Virus record (IMG/VR): IMGVR_UViG_2870579115_000001 | Span: 17,301-81,300 of that record | DNA: 64,000 bases | Direction: 5' to 3' (one strand) | Origin: a virus | In this document: piece after piece, positions 1 through 9,470 of the stretch | Layout of the letters: every line of letters starts with the position of its first letter | Position numbering within the stretch: position 1 is the stretch's first letter | Notes under the pieces: generated by a model | Database searches by the model: none | What the model was told of the DNA's origin: nothing | What the model saw: the letters and a program-made list of their open reading frames with translations, nothing else | Program-made: the position numbers and the translations under genes

Positions 1-480
1 GTCGAGCGCTTTGAGCATGCCGCTCTTGTCGACGGGCATCGGCACGTGCAGCTCGTAGCTCAGCGGGTCGTCGTGGCCGAGGGAGACGAGGAGATCCCGC
101 GTCTCCCGCATGCCGTCCAGGTAGCGGCCGGAGGCGCGGCCCACGTAGTACGTCTCGACGTCGGCGACCCGGCCGCGGTGCAGCACCGGCATTCCGTCCG
201 GCTGCGGGGTCATGAGGAACATGTCGTCGTTGCAGAGCAGGAACGTCGACGAGATGTCCGGGTGCGAGCAGGCCGCGCGCACCGCCGCCGTGGTGTTGGC
301 GTACTTCGTGCCGTGCTGGCTGGTCGGGATGTGCTCGACGTTCGCCAGCCAGGCAGGCCGGTAGCCCACGATCCACACGCGGCCGTGCGGCAGGTTCGCC
401 GCCCAGCTCCGCAGCGCGTACCGGAGCTGGGCGTTGGCCCTGCCCGTCCGTACGGGCACGACCAGGTCGGGTGCGTTCAT
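1..480 (-). CDS. Stealth/capsular-polysaccharide-type glycosyltransferase-like protein, C-terminus off window edge
   Basis: Manual translation of the minus strand from ATG at 480: MNAPDLVVPVRTGRANAQLRYALRSWAANLPHGRVWIVGYRP...STFLLCNDDMFLMTPQPDG...DDPLSYELHVPMPVDKSGMLKALD; NDDMF and YELHxPM motifs resemble Stealth CR2. Not in ORF track because it runs off the edge. Confidence 0.6.
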   Translation of the reverse strand, partial: MNAPDLVVPVRTGRANAQLRYALRSWAANLPHGRVWIVGYRPAWLANVEHIPTSQHGTKYANTTAAVRAACSHPDISSTFLLCNDDMFLMTPQPDGMPVLHRGRVADVETYYVGRASGRYLDGMRETRDLLVSLGHDDPLSYELHVPMPVDKSGMLKALD

Positions 481-492
481 GCTGGTGGCCCG

Positions 493-1188
493 TCAGGAGG
501 CCATCGCCAGGACCGGCGTGTACTCGCACACGGCCGGCGGCGGGGCGACGGTGGTGACGAGCGTGCGACGGTGGCAGGTCGGGCCGAGGGGCGTGAGCAG
601 CGGCCCGGGCGTACCTGCCAGGTTGGTCGGGATGACGTTGTACGGGCCGGTGCCCCAGCCGCCACCCGCGCGGGTGGCGCCGTTGAGGACGAGGGAGACC
701 GCTTCCGAACCGATCTCCATGTCCCCCAGCATGCCGTTGGTGACCCATGGCATCAGCCAGTAAATCCATGCCCCGTCGCCGCCGCCGTCCGGGTCGCACA
801 GGTCGTCGCTCAGCACCTCGGCCCACAGCTCGATGGCGAAGCCGCTGTCGCACTTGAGCGAGCAGTCGTCGTAGCCGATCGGATTGTCGGCGTAGTCGTA
901 GACCACCGGGTTGCCGGTGGTGATCTCGATGAACTCGGGCGACACGGAGAAGAAGCTCAACTCCAGGTCGTAGCCGTTGAACTGCGGGCAGCCCTTCTTG
1001 AATCCGCAGTTTCGGCCGTTCGCCGCGGTGTAGACGACGTCCTCGCCCTCTTCGATGTTGGGATTCATCGCGAGGGTGGCGAAGCAGTCGAAGACGAACC
1101 CATTGTCTTCGCCCGCGACGGGCCGGCCGCAGGCGTCGACGCGGGTGACGCGGATGACGTCAGCATTTGCAATCAGGGGGCAGGGCAT
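493..1188 (-). CDS. phage tail tube/major tail-like protein
   Basis: MPCPLIANADVIRVTRVDACG...; position downstream of capsid genes and composition typical of actinophage tail tube proteins. Confidence 0.5.
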   Translation of the reverse strand: MPCPLIANADVIRVTRVDACGRPVAGEDNGFVFDCFATLAMNPNIEEGEDVVYTAANGRNCGFKKGCPQFNGYDLELSFFSVSPEFIEITTGNPVVYDYADNPIGYDDCSLKCDSGFAIELWAEVLSDDLCDPDGGGDGAWIYWLMPWVTNGMLGDMEIGSEAVSLVLNGATRAGGGWGTGPYNVIPTNLAGTPGPLLTPLGPTCHRRTLVTTVAPPPAVCEYTPVLAMAS

Positions 1189-1313
1189 CCCGGGGCCTCC
1201 AACACACGAGGTGGTGTCGGCCCGGCCCACAACCAGCGGCTACACCGCGAGTCTAGCCGCCGGACACGGCCGGGAGGCGGCAGCTCCCGGCCGTGCAGGC
1301 TCAGGACGATCCC

Positions 1314-1862
1314 CTAGCCGGAGTGGACGCGGCGGGCGTGCGTCGCCAGGCCGCGTTCGCTGGCGAAGGGCTTCCCGCACTCCCCACAGACATGCTGGTC
1401 GGCCTCCTCACCGTCCCCTGGCTTCTCGCCCTTCTCCTCCTGGTCGTCGACGTCGGAGTCCGCCGCGGGGAGCGGCGTCGACTCCGGGCCGTACGACTCC
1501 GGCGGCACCTCGGGCAGCGGCTCGCCCGGGGTGCCGGTGACCAGCCCTTCGGGGCGGGCAACTCCCGTCAGCTCGCTCTCCTGCTCCCCCTCACCGCTCT
1601 CGCCCTCACCGTCCGCCCCTTCGCCGGACTCGGCTGCCCCCTCGCCGACCGGGACCGCCTCCTCTTCGGTGGGCGACACGTAGCGGTGGCCGTCCACGAC
1701 TGCGCCGATCAGCGCCTCCTCCGGCACGGTCGTGAACAGGTCGGCAGGGACCGCGAAGGTGTTGGGGCCGACGGTGGCCACCTTCGGCGTCTGGGCGACC
1801 GCCCAGCGGGCCAGCGCGATGCGCCTCTCCGGGGCGGGCTCTACATGGATCAGGTCAGTCAC
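1314..1862 (-). CDS. hypothetical structural-region protein with C-terminal C2H2 zinc finger
   Basis: C-terminus HVCGECGKPFASERGLATHARRVHSG; acidic Gly/Glu-rich linker; tight spacing to neighbours. Confidence 0.65.
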   Translation of the reverse strand: MTDLIHVEPAPERRIALARWAVAQTPKVATVGPNTFAVPADLFTTVPEEALIGAVVDGHRYVSPTEEEAVPVGEGAAESGEGADGEGESGEGEQESELTGVARPEGLVTGTPGEPLPEVPPESYGPESTPLPAADSDVDDQEEKGEKPGDGEEADQHVCGECGKPFASERGLATHARRVHSG

Positions 1863-1875
1863 GGGCTCAGGCTCC

Positions 1876-2733
1876 TCAGCTCAGCGACACGTTGACGGCG
1901 CACACGGTGCACGTGGTGCCGACGACGTATGTGCGCTCGACCAGCACGCGCCGGTCGTTGGTTCGGGTGGTGACCGACGGGCCGGCCCGGTCGGGGATCG
2001 TCGTGGGCGGGCCGCGGCGGATGCTGAGCGGGCCGGTGATGTAGAGCCAGGCCGTGCCCGGGTCGGCGGGTGTTCCGCCGGGGCCGGTGTTCTCCGCGCT
2101 GTATCCGGCGCCGAGGATCACGCAGTTCCCGGCGAGGGTGCGCAGCGCGCCATCGGCCGGGTCCTCGGCCGCGATGTTGCAGCAGCCCAGCAGGGCCGCG
2201 GCACTGACCGGGACGTGCAGGGTGCCGACGCCGCCGTACGTCTCCGCGAGACAGCCCTCAAGTGCGGCGACGCCTTCCCCAAGGCTCACCGGCCCCGCCT
2301 GCGGGGTGACGTCGACGGCGTCGGCAGTCAGTGTGGTCCGCCAGAACGCGGACTCAAGTCCCCGCTGTTCACCGAGCGCGAGACTGGCCTCGGCGTGGTA
2401 GCGGGCCTCCTCGTAGGACCAGCCGATCGTGGAGCACTCGGTCCCGGCGTACAGCGTGATCGGTGAGGCGTGCTCCACCTCGGGGCGGCAGAACTCCTTG
2501 TCGGCGGCACCGCCCGACTCGTCGCCGGGGGACTCGTCACCGGGCGACTCGTCGCCGACGCACGGGTCCGCCCAGGACTCGACAGGGCAGCAGCCCAGGG
2601 CCAGCCACTCAACACCCAGCAACGCGTGTTCGTCGGCAACGTCCTGCACGTCCGTGCATGGCGAACCGAGGAGGCCGTGCGGCAGCGGACTACCGGCGAT
2701 TGCCTCCACGTACGCCCGCATGCCTGCGGCCAT
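1876..2733 (-). CDS. hypothetical phage structural/head-tail region protein with GDESP repeats
   Basis: 285 aa ORF between major capsid and tail genes; Cys-rich; GDESPGDESPGDES tract. Confidence 0.55.
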   Translation of the reverse strand: MAAGMRAYVEAIAGSPLPHGLLGSPCTDVQDVADEHALLGVEWLALGCCPVESWADPCVGDESPGDESPGDESGGAADKEFCRPEVEHASPITLYAGTECSTIGWSYEEARYHAEASLALGEQRGLESAFWRTTLTADAVDVTPQAGPVSLGEGVAALEGCLAETYGGVGTLHVPVSAAALLGCCNIAAEDPADGALRTLAGNCVILGAGYSAENTGPGGTPADPGTAWLYITGPLSIRRGPPTTIPDRAGPSVTTRTNDRRVLVERTYVVGTTCTVCAVNVSLS

Positions 2734-2810
2734 CGCGCCTCACCTCGTCTTTCGGTGGGGCGGCGGACCCGTGCCACCCGAAGCACGGGTCCGCCGCGGT
2801 TCGGTGAGGA

Positions 2811-4472
2811 TCAGGACTCGCCGCAGGCCACGAGGGTCTGCGCGCCGGTCTCACCGGACGGGCAGACCGGCACCGTCACCGCGCGGGTGTCCACCGACCT
2901 GTCGACGAGGGCGACGCATTCCTCGGCGAAGAGCGCGGTGTAGTCGTTCGTCGAGAACTTCGTTGAATCATGAATCACACCGAGATTCACCTCTTCACCG
3001 CGCCCGATCTGGAGCGTCCCGGACGGGTAGATGAGGAACCTGACGGCCGCCGGCCAGTCCGTCGCCGCGGTGGCGCCGCCGATGTCCGTCGGCACAGCCG
3101 GGGTGAGGCCCCGCGCCCACTGGATGCTGACGCCGAGCGGCGTGAACATCTCCTGGATCATGCCCGGGTTGACCTCGTCGACGGACACGCCGTTGCGTCG
3201 TGCCAGGTCGGTCAGGAACAGGTTCCGGCTCCACCACGGGAAGACCACCTCAAGCGCGGTGGACTCGCACAGGCTGTGGCGCTCGATCATGTCGGCGGCC
3301 TGGAGCGCGACCGCCTCGTAGACGGCGGACAGGGCGCCCATCGACTCGGGCATGGTGACGACCTTCGTCGACGCCTTGCCGACGGCTTTCTGGAACAGGG
3401 CTGACCTGATGCGGATCTCGTGCGCAACCATGGCGTTCCGCAGGTACCAGGCGACGAGCTCCGGGAAGTGGCGCTGCGTCAGGATGCCCGCCTCCAGGCA
3501 GACACCGACCGCGTCACAGCGGACCTCGATCGGCGACGGGCACGGAATCGAGAAGCACGGCTTGGTGGCGCCGCTGATGTCGTCGGCCTCGGTGTGGACC
3601 CACGTCATCGCCGCGACGTCCAGGCTCGGCGTCTTGTAGTAGCGCAGGCCGCCACGGGCTAGCTGGATCTCGGGGGCGTCCCACAGCATGTCCGGGCACG
3701 CCACATCCAGGATGTCGTACACGGTCTCGCTGGGCGCGCACCATCCGCCGGACGCGATGAGGTCCTTCTCCGGGAGCCGCGACTGGTTCGACGCGGCGAG
3801 GGAGACGGTCGTGCCCTCCGGCGCGCTCGAGGAGTCCGTGACGATCAGGTCGTGGCTGTAGGGGTGCCGGTAGGAGATGACTTGGCCCACGCCACCGCCC
3901 GCAGTCTTCAGAGCGTTGGCGCGGGAGATGAGGCCGGCGGTCACCTGGTCGAAGTCCAGGGGTGCGCCGGGGGTGTAGCCGGGGACGTCGACCGCCGCGG
4001 TGATGCTCGTGCCGGGCGCCGGGGGCTCCGGCAGGACACGCGGCTGACGGCGCCTCACGCCCGAGAGGTTGAGGGCGGGGCGCTGCACGACGGCCGCGCT
4101 GACGGCCGGGGCAGGCTCAGGAGCAGGAGCGGGCTCCGGCTCGGGATCGGCCTGAGCGGCGGGCTCCCCCTCGCCCGCGCCGCCGTCGGCCTCGTCGCCG
4201 GCAGGCTCCGGCTCGTCCTGCCCGCCGCGTACCTGAGCGGCCAGGGCGTCGATCTCGGCGGCGGCCTGCTCGGCCGCCTCGCGGCGCGCGGCCTGCTCGG
4301 TGCGGATGCCCTCGACGGCGTTGGCCAGCGACCGAAGCGACTCAATGTCCCTGGTGGTGACGCTGGTGGACTGCGACCGGGAGTCGAACTCTGCGACGGC
4401 GGACTCAAGCGCTTCCGCCAGCTCGTCATCGTTGAGAGCGGTGACGTCCTCGGGGATCTCGAAATCGGCCAT
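2811..4472 (-). CDS. major capsid protein with N-terminal scaffold-like region
   Basis: Starts MADFEIPEDVTALNDDELAEALESAVAEFDSRS..., coiled N-terminus, EP-rich linker, then capsid-like domain with ...HPELVAWYLRNAM..., ...EVVFPWWSRNLFLTDLARRNG...; gene order protease-capsid. Confidence 0.8.
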   Translation of the reverse strand: MADFEIPEDVTALNDDELAEALESAVAEFDSRSQSTSVTTRDIESLRSLANAVEGIRTEQAARREAAEQAAAEIDALAAQVRGGQDEPEPAGDEADGGAGEGEPAAQADPEPEPAPAPEPAPAVSAAVVQRPALNLSGVRRRQPRVLPEPPAPGTSITAAVDVPGYTPGAPLDFDQVTAGLISRANALKTAGGGVGQVISYRHPYSHDLIVTDSSSAPEGTTVSLAASNQSRLPEKDLIASGGWCAPSETVYDILDVACPDMLWDAPEIQLARGGLRYYKTPSLDVAAMTWVHTEADDISGATKPCFSIPCPSPIEVRCDAVGVCLEAGILTQRHFPELVAWYLRNAMVAHEIRIRSALFQKAVGKASTKVVTMPESMGALSAVYEAVALQAADMIERHSLCESTALEVVFPWWSRNLFLTDLARRNGVSVDEVNPGMIQEMFTPLGVSIQWARGLTPAVPTDIGGATAATDWPAAVRFLIYPSGTLQIGRGEEVNLGVIHDSTKFSTNDYTALFAEECVALVDRSVDTRAVTVPVCPSGETGAQTLVACGES

Positions 4473-4618
4473 GAGCGGCACTCTCCGTGTGTTGCGATCG
4501 TGAGTGCCCGGCCCAGAACCAGCGGCGCGCGGGGCGGTCCAGCTACAGTCGGTGGCCGCCCCGCCACAGTCTAGCCCGATCAAGACGTGCTGCTCGGGCT
4601 GGTGTCAAGCCCGCGCGC

Positions 4619-4792
4619 CTACGCGCTCGGTGTGCTCACCTTCCCGTCCGTGCCCTTCTTCTGCACGGTGCTGCCTTGGTAGCGGCGGGACACCGCCTGA
4701 GCGGTCGGCTGCGATCCGGAGGTGAACAGGATCTTCCCGGCGGAGCTGACCACTTCCCACTGGTCGCGCTTGTTCTTGCAGGCACAGCCCAT
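4619..4792 (-). CDS. small conserved phage-type protein (57 aa)
   Basis: Manual translation: MGCACKNKRDQWEVVSSAGKILFTSGSQPTAQAVSRRYQGSTVQKKGTDGKVSTPSA; below the 60-aa cutoff of the ORF track; lies between protease and capsid. Confidence 0.6.
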   Translation of the reverse strand: MGCACKNKRDQWEVVSSAGKILFTSGSQPTAQAVSRRYQGSTVQKKGTDGKVSTPSA

Positions 4793-7700
4793 CAGGCGTC
4801 CCCTCCCGTGGTGGTGGTCGTGTCACCGGCCGCGCTGGCGGTGAGTGCCGCGCGGGCCGGCTCGATGACGGACGAGGCCAACTGCGCGGCCTCGGCGCGG
4901 GCTTCGTCCTCCCGCTGCACCTGGCGGCGGTCCAGCGCCGTCAGGAGCACGTCGATGAACGGGACGCTGGTGAGCAGCGCGGAAGCGACCTCGTCGACGC
5001 TGCCGGGCGCGGGCTGTCCGGACGTGTCCGGACGGTGTCCGGGCCGGTCAGCCGCAGCAGGATGCTCGTTGTCCGGGACGTGTCCGGACACCTCCGCGTC
5101 GAGGGCGACACCGGCCGCCGACGCTGCCAGCGCCAGGTTCGAGCGTTCCGCCACCGCGGTGGCCAGGAGCGGGGAGGAGTGCCCGGGCACCGGCACGGAC
5201 AGCACTGCGCGGAGCTGCCACCGTCCGGCGCTGCCCTGCTTCATGTGGTAGCTCGGCTGGCACGCGGCGAACACGTTCCGGTCCCACTCCGACAGCCACG
5301 GCGCGGCGGCGCCGGAGAACCACAAGCCACGGGCGTTCATGCCGACGGTGACGATCCCGGCGACGGTGCGGGAGTCGTCGAACTGGCAGGCAGCCGACTC
5401 GCATTCGGCGCCGTCGCGGTGGTGCGGCACGTTCATCGTGAACGCCCCGGCACGCACCAGGCTGCCGTCGTCGAGCTTGAAGCGGGCGCGGAGGAAGTGC
5501 GACAGGTCCAGCTCCCCCAACGACTCGATGGTCAGGTTCCGGCCGGGGAACCCGGCGTGCGGCTCCCCGACCTGAGCGACCCAGCCGTAGACCCTGCCGT
5601 CGGCGTAGTGCACGCCACCCGACCCGGGCGGCAGCTCCTCGTCCGTCGGCTCACGGAACCAGGCGGCGGGCATCGGGTCGGCCTCCCTCATTGCCGACCA
5701 GGCGGAGGCTTCCAACTCGCGCATGCCGGCCGCGGTTTCCTCGCCGTCCTCGTCCATCCACGGCGGCACGATCGACGGGTCGTCGTAGGCGTCGGCGAGG
5801 CGCTGGTACAGCGTCTCCACGCGGCCCCTGATGGCGTCCTCCTCGTCGGTGGGCACGTCGACGCCGCCACGGCCGCCCTGCAAGGCGGCGGCGATCGTGT
5901 AGACGGCTGCGGCGACGATCTCCAGGCGGTCGCCGATGACGTCGGCGAAGGGCAGCTTGTACGCGCCGACGGTGGCCGGGTCGGCGTCGGCGTCGCGGTA
6001 GAGGAACGCCGATCCCAGCTTGTCGGCGTCGACCTCGTCGTTGTCGCCGGTGGCCCACGCGAGGACGCGTGAACGCGCTGCGTCGCCGTCCCAGGTGCGG
6101 TCAGGGTCCTCGTGCACCGGCAGTTCCAGGTCACCCGACGCGGACGCGGCCAGCTCCTCGTTCTGGGTGGCGGGGCCGATGTAGAGGCCGCGAGAGAGGC
6201 GCACGACGCGTCCGTTCTTCGCGGCGCGGCCGAGGTGACCGCGCGCCGTCTCCATCTTCATGCCGAGCGCGCGGGCGACGTCGCGGGCACCCACCGGTAC
6301 CGGCGCGGCCTGCACGTAGTCGACGACGCGGCGCTGCGCCTCGCTCATCGCAGCGGCCAGCTCGTCCGGCTCCTGGTCCTCGTCGACGGGCTCCTCCGGC
6401 GGGTCGTCGAGGACGATCCTCGCCCGGTCGTAGGCGGGCATCGCGACGAGCGTCGCACCCCGCAGCCGCGCCCGGGTGACGCGCATCAGCAGGTCCCCGG
6501 CGTTCTCGGAGTGCACGACGGTGCCCTCGTCGCTGTCGGCGTCGCCGGCCGCCGCGGTGAGGCAGCCGGTCGGGCCGAGCGCGGCACGTACGGCGGAGGC
6601 CGGTACACGGCCGTCCTTGCCGGTGAGCAGATGCGTGCCGGTCGCGGTGCGGGACAGTGCGGCACCGGACGCGGTCCACTCGGCGGTGGTCGTGGCCGTC
6701 AGCGACCAAGACCCGTCGTTGAGGCGGAGCAGCGACGCGGACGGCAGTGACGCGAGGAGCACGATGCCGCCCTCGTCGTCTTCGTCCTCGTCGGTGAGGG
6801 TGCGGTCGACGAACTCCATGCTGACGTCGTCCAGGTCGACGGACACACCGAGCGGCGCCTCCTCTTCGAGCAGCATCACCGCGTCGGCGCCGGCGGGCCG
6901 GCCGGGGTAGAGCACGCCGCTGCCGGTGATGCGGTCGCCGTCCCGGGCGATGTTCTGGATGGCGCCTGCGAGTTCGGCGCCCTCGTGGCCCATCAGCATT
7001 TCGTCGGCGTGCTGGAGCGGCCACGGGCCGCCCCCGTCCCAGTACAGGGCGCCCGCCTTGAACACCCTGCCGTCGCCGGTCTCGGTGTTCTCGAACGCGA
7101 GCGCCGTGTCTCCGGGCGTGGACCAGGAGCGGGCGGACAGAGGGTCGTTGAGCGGTGCGTCTTCCATCGGTGGTGCCTCCTCTTCCGGGCCGAGGGGGAT
7201 GTCGGTGTGCTCCCCCGCGAAGGCGACCCGGAGTCGGTCGAAGGTGATCGAGCCAAGACGTTCGTTCAGGTACGGGAGCAGGTCCGAGGAGCCGCTGTAC
7301 GCGGCGCACACGTGCGGCTGCCACGGGGAGTGCTGTACCGGGAGCTCCGGCTGCCGGTGGGTGTCCTCCAGCGCGTCGACGGCGAGGTTCCGCGCGTGGT
7401 TGAGGAGAGGCCCGCCCTCGTCGGCGTCAGGGTCGTCGCCGACGGACCACACCCAACACGGGCTGTCACTGTCGCCGTTCCACTGGTTCGCACCGAACGC
7501 CCGGCCGGCGACCGGGCCTTCGTCGAGGTGCCCCGCGTGGTGCTGGAGCTGGGCAATCAGGTCGGCGCGCTGGTCCTCGGACCAGTCGGCGCCCTCGCCC
7601 AGGTAGAAAAGCGTCAAATGCAGCTCGTGAGCGGGCTCGGCGCCTTCGACGTCGAGGGCCAGACGCAGCGCGTCCTCAGCGCACGGCATCAGCGCGATCA

Positions 7701-7836
7701 TCGCGCCCGTGTGCGGGTCGGCTGCGGCCGTAAGCATGCCAGCCGCTGTGCGAGCCTTCGGCTTGGCCCGCTTGTCGATCACAAGGTCTGCGGGTGCCCA
7801 GTTGAGCCGGTTCTCGAAGTTGTTCATCTCAGGCAT
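4792..7836 (-). CDS. capsid maturation protease fused to N-terminal 2H phosphoesterase (LigT)-like domain, large multidomain protein
   Basis: N-terminal ELHLTLFYLGEG ... SPWQPHVCAAYSG (H-x-T and H-x-C); middle prohead-protease-like region (VFKAGALYWDGG...GSGVLYPGRPAGADAVMLLEEEAPLGVSVDLDDVSME); HTH-like region and Ala-rich C-terminus. Confidence 0.65.
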   Translation of the reverse strand: MPEMNNFENRLNWAPADLVIDKRAKPKARTAAGMLTAAADPHTGAMIALMPCAEDALRLALDVEGAEPAHELHLTLFYLGEGADWSEDQRADLIAQLQHHAGHLDEGPVAGRAFGANQWNGDSDSPCWVWSVGDDPDADEGGPLLNHARNLAVDALEDTHRQPELPVQHSPWQPHVCAAYSGSSDLLPYLNERLGSITFDRLRVAFAGEHTDIPLGPEEEAPPMEDAPLNDPLSARSWSTPGDTALAFENTETGDGRVFKAGALYWDGGGPWPLQHADEMLMGHEGAELAGAIQNIARDGDRITGSGVLYPGRPAGADAVMLLEEEAPLGVSVDLDDVSMEFVDRTLTDEDEDDEGGIVLLASLPSASLLRLNDGSWSLTATTTAEWTASGAALSRTATGTHLLTGKDGRVPASAVRAALGPTGCLTAAAGDADSDEGTVVHSENAGDLLMRVTRARLRGATLVAMPAYDRARIVLDDPPEEPVDEDQEPDELAAAMSEAQRRVVDYVQAAPVPVGARDVARALGMKMETARGHLGRAAKNGRVVRLSRGLYIGPATQNEELAASASGDLELPVHEDPDRTWDGDAARSRVLAWATGDNDEVDADKLGSAFLYRDADADPATVGAYKLPFADVIGDRLEIVAAAVYTIAAALQGGRGGVDVPTDEEDAIRGRVETLYQRLADAYDDPSIVPPWMDEDGEETAAGMRELEASAWSAMREADPMPAAWFREPTDEELPPGSGGVHYADGRVYGWVAQVGEPHAGFPGRNLTIESLGELDLSHFLRARFKLDDGSLVRAGAFTMNVPHHRDGAECESAACQFDDSRTVAGIVTVGMNARGLWFSGAAAPWLSEWDRNVFAACQPSYHMKQGSAGRWQLRAVLSVPVPGHSSPLLATAVAERSNLALAASAAGVALDAEVSGHVPDNEHPAAADRPGHRPDTSGQPAPGSVDEVASALLTSVPFIDVLLTALDRRQVQREDEARAEAAQLASSVIEPARAALTASAAGDTTTTTGGDA

Positions 7837-9223
7837 TGATGACCTCAAGCTCGTAGTAGGCAGGCTCCATCTGGTTGTCCACGTTCACGACCTTCGTCAC
7901 GCGGTATTTCGTGCCAGGCGGGAGGATGACTTCGCCCTCGGCGTTCGGGCCGCCCACTGCCGCGACGTCGAGGACTTGGGCGCCTGCGGGCGTCTTGATC
8001 CGGACGATGGTTCCCCAACCGGAGATCCAGCCTCCTGCGAAGTCCTCGTCGCGGGACGTGGAGACGAAGCCTGAGTCGTGGAACTCGTCGCCCTCGTTGA
8101 GGCCGAGGCGGATGCCCCTCAAGCCGCGGTACGTATGCGTTTCCTCGGTGGTCGGGTCCTGAATGTTGATCAGGTCGGTGAGGGCGCTGATGCGTTCGCG
8201 GCGAGTGGCAACGTCTTCCTTTGTCCCCTGGCAGCCCTTGCGCAGGCAATCGTTCAGGGCCTTGTAGTTGCCACTTGTGTAGCTCCCCAGCGCGAGGTCG
8301 TGTTCCTGCTCGGTGAATCTGCTGCTGCCGAGCCATCCGCCCTGCTTGTGCTGGGTCTTGCGTCCTTTCCGTGCCGAACCGCCGCTGGGGTGGTACTTGC
8401 GGTAGCTGGGACGGCCGGGGGTGCCGTGGAAGGCCATCGGGGCGGAGGCGCGCAGTTCGGGCGCTACCGCGAGGCGGCAGCGGCAGTTGACGACCAGTGC
8501 CGGCGGCGCGGTCGGGTCGCCGGGGGTCTGCATGGACACCCCGTCGACCGTGAATGGGTCGGCGAGCACCTGGATTTGCCCGTCGACCTGGTCGTGGGCG
8601 TGCCGTACGCGGCTGTCGTGGCGGGTGATCCACTGCTTCACCACGGGCCGGTCGGGGCCGGTCGCAGCGCGGGCGGCGGCGAGGGTGGAGGTGTTCCACG
8701 CGCGGGTGGCCTCGGTGCGGGCGACGCGTTCCTCACGCATGGGGCCGAGGTGGGAGCCTTCGCGGTCGAACGCGGCACGGAGGCGGGCGCGTAGCTGCTC
8801 GACGTCCTCCCCCGCGTCGACCCCGGCCGCCAGTTCACGGCGGGCGGCTTCGGCCAGCCGGTCGCCGACGGCGCGCAGCAGATGCTCCGTCATCTGCACG
8901 TACTGGCCGATGCCGTGGGGCAGCGGCCGGTGGTCCTCGTACCGGCCTGGCAGGTCGTCCCAGCCTTCGGGGAGTTCACCGCCGACGTCGTCGGCCGCCG
9001 CGGTGGCAGCGGTCTCGGCGACGCCCAGGAGCCGCCGCATCAGGCCGCCGATCCTGCCGCCCCACATGCGGGCGATGCGGCCGACGGAGAACCGCGCGGC
9101 CACCAGCTCGGTGGCGTCGCGTACGGAGTCGGTGAACTCGTTCGCCGTCGCGGTCAGTGCTTCCGCGACCGCTTCGGTGATCTGCCGTTCGGCGTCGGCG
9201 AGTTGCCCGTCACGGTCCGGCAC
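7829..9223 (-). CDS. MuF/SPP1 gp7-like minor head protein fused to C-terminal ADP-ribosyltransferase-like domain
   Basis: MuF core: ...RVARTEATRAWNTSTLAAAR...VKQWITRHDSRVRHAHDQVDGQ...PALVVNCRCRLAV; C-term: ETHTYRGLRG...FHDSGFVSTSRDEDFA...NAEGEVILPPGTKYRV (candidate R, STS, ExE). Confidence 0.8.
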   Translation of the reverse strand: MPDRDGQLADAERQITEAVAEALTATANEFTDSVRDATELVAARFSVGRIARMWGGRIGGLMRRLLGVAETAATAAADDVGGELPEGWDDLPGRYEDHRPLPHGIGQYVQMTEHLLRAVGDRLAEAARRELAAGVDAGEDVEQLRARLRAAFDREGSHLGPMREERVARTEATRAWNTSTLAAARAATGPDRPVVKQWITRHDSRVRHAHDQVDGQIQVLADPFTVDGVSMQTPGDPTAPPALVVNCRCRLAVAPELRASAPMAFHGTPGRPSYRKYHPSGGSARKGRKTQHKQGGWLGSSRFTEQEHDLALGSYTSGNYKALNDCLRKGCQGTKEDVATRRERISALTDLINIQDPTTEETHTYRGLRGIRLGLNEGDEFHDSGFVSTSRDEDFAGGWISGWGTIVRIKTPAGAQVLDVAAVGGPNAEGEVILPPGTKYRVTKVVNVDNQMEPAYYELEVINA

Positions 9224-9470
9224 GGTCGGTCCTCCTCGCCGGTAGGGGGTCGTCGGGGTCGTCGCAGATTTCGCACCAGGACCAGGTGCCGATCGTCGAC
9301 ACGCCTTCGGGGGCGAGGAGCAGCAGATCCGCGGTGAGGTGGGTCCAGGCCCGGCACACGTCGCACCAGGCGGTGCGCAGGCGGCCCGCGTGCAGCGACA
9401 GTTCGGTGGGCAGCGGCAGGACGGCGGCGTGCCGCTGCGGTGGCCGCGGGGTCACGAGTCCCCTCCGACG
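9210..9470 (-). CDS. hypothetical protein with zinc-ribbon-like CxxC motifs
   Basis: MRRGLVTPRPPQRHAAVLPLPTELSLHAGRLRTAWCDVCRAWTH...WCEICDDP; overlapping coupled ORF. Confidence 0.5.
   Translation of the reverse strand, partial: RRRGLVTPRPPQRHAAVLPLPTELSLHAGRLRTAWCDVCRAWTHLTADLLLLAPEGVSTIGTWSWCEICDDPDDPLPARRTDRAGP

Noticed and set aside
46-1317. 423-aa plus-strand ORF
   Set aside because: Shadow ORF over the glycosyltransferase-like and tail tube genes; composition typical of antisense GC frames.
2516-2570. GDESP triplet repeat as a functional repeat element
   Set aside because: Three ~15-nt units kept in frame inside one coding sequence; simplest explanation is a short protein linker expansion.
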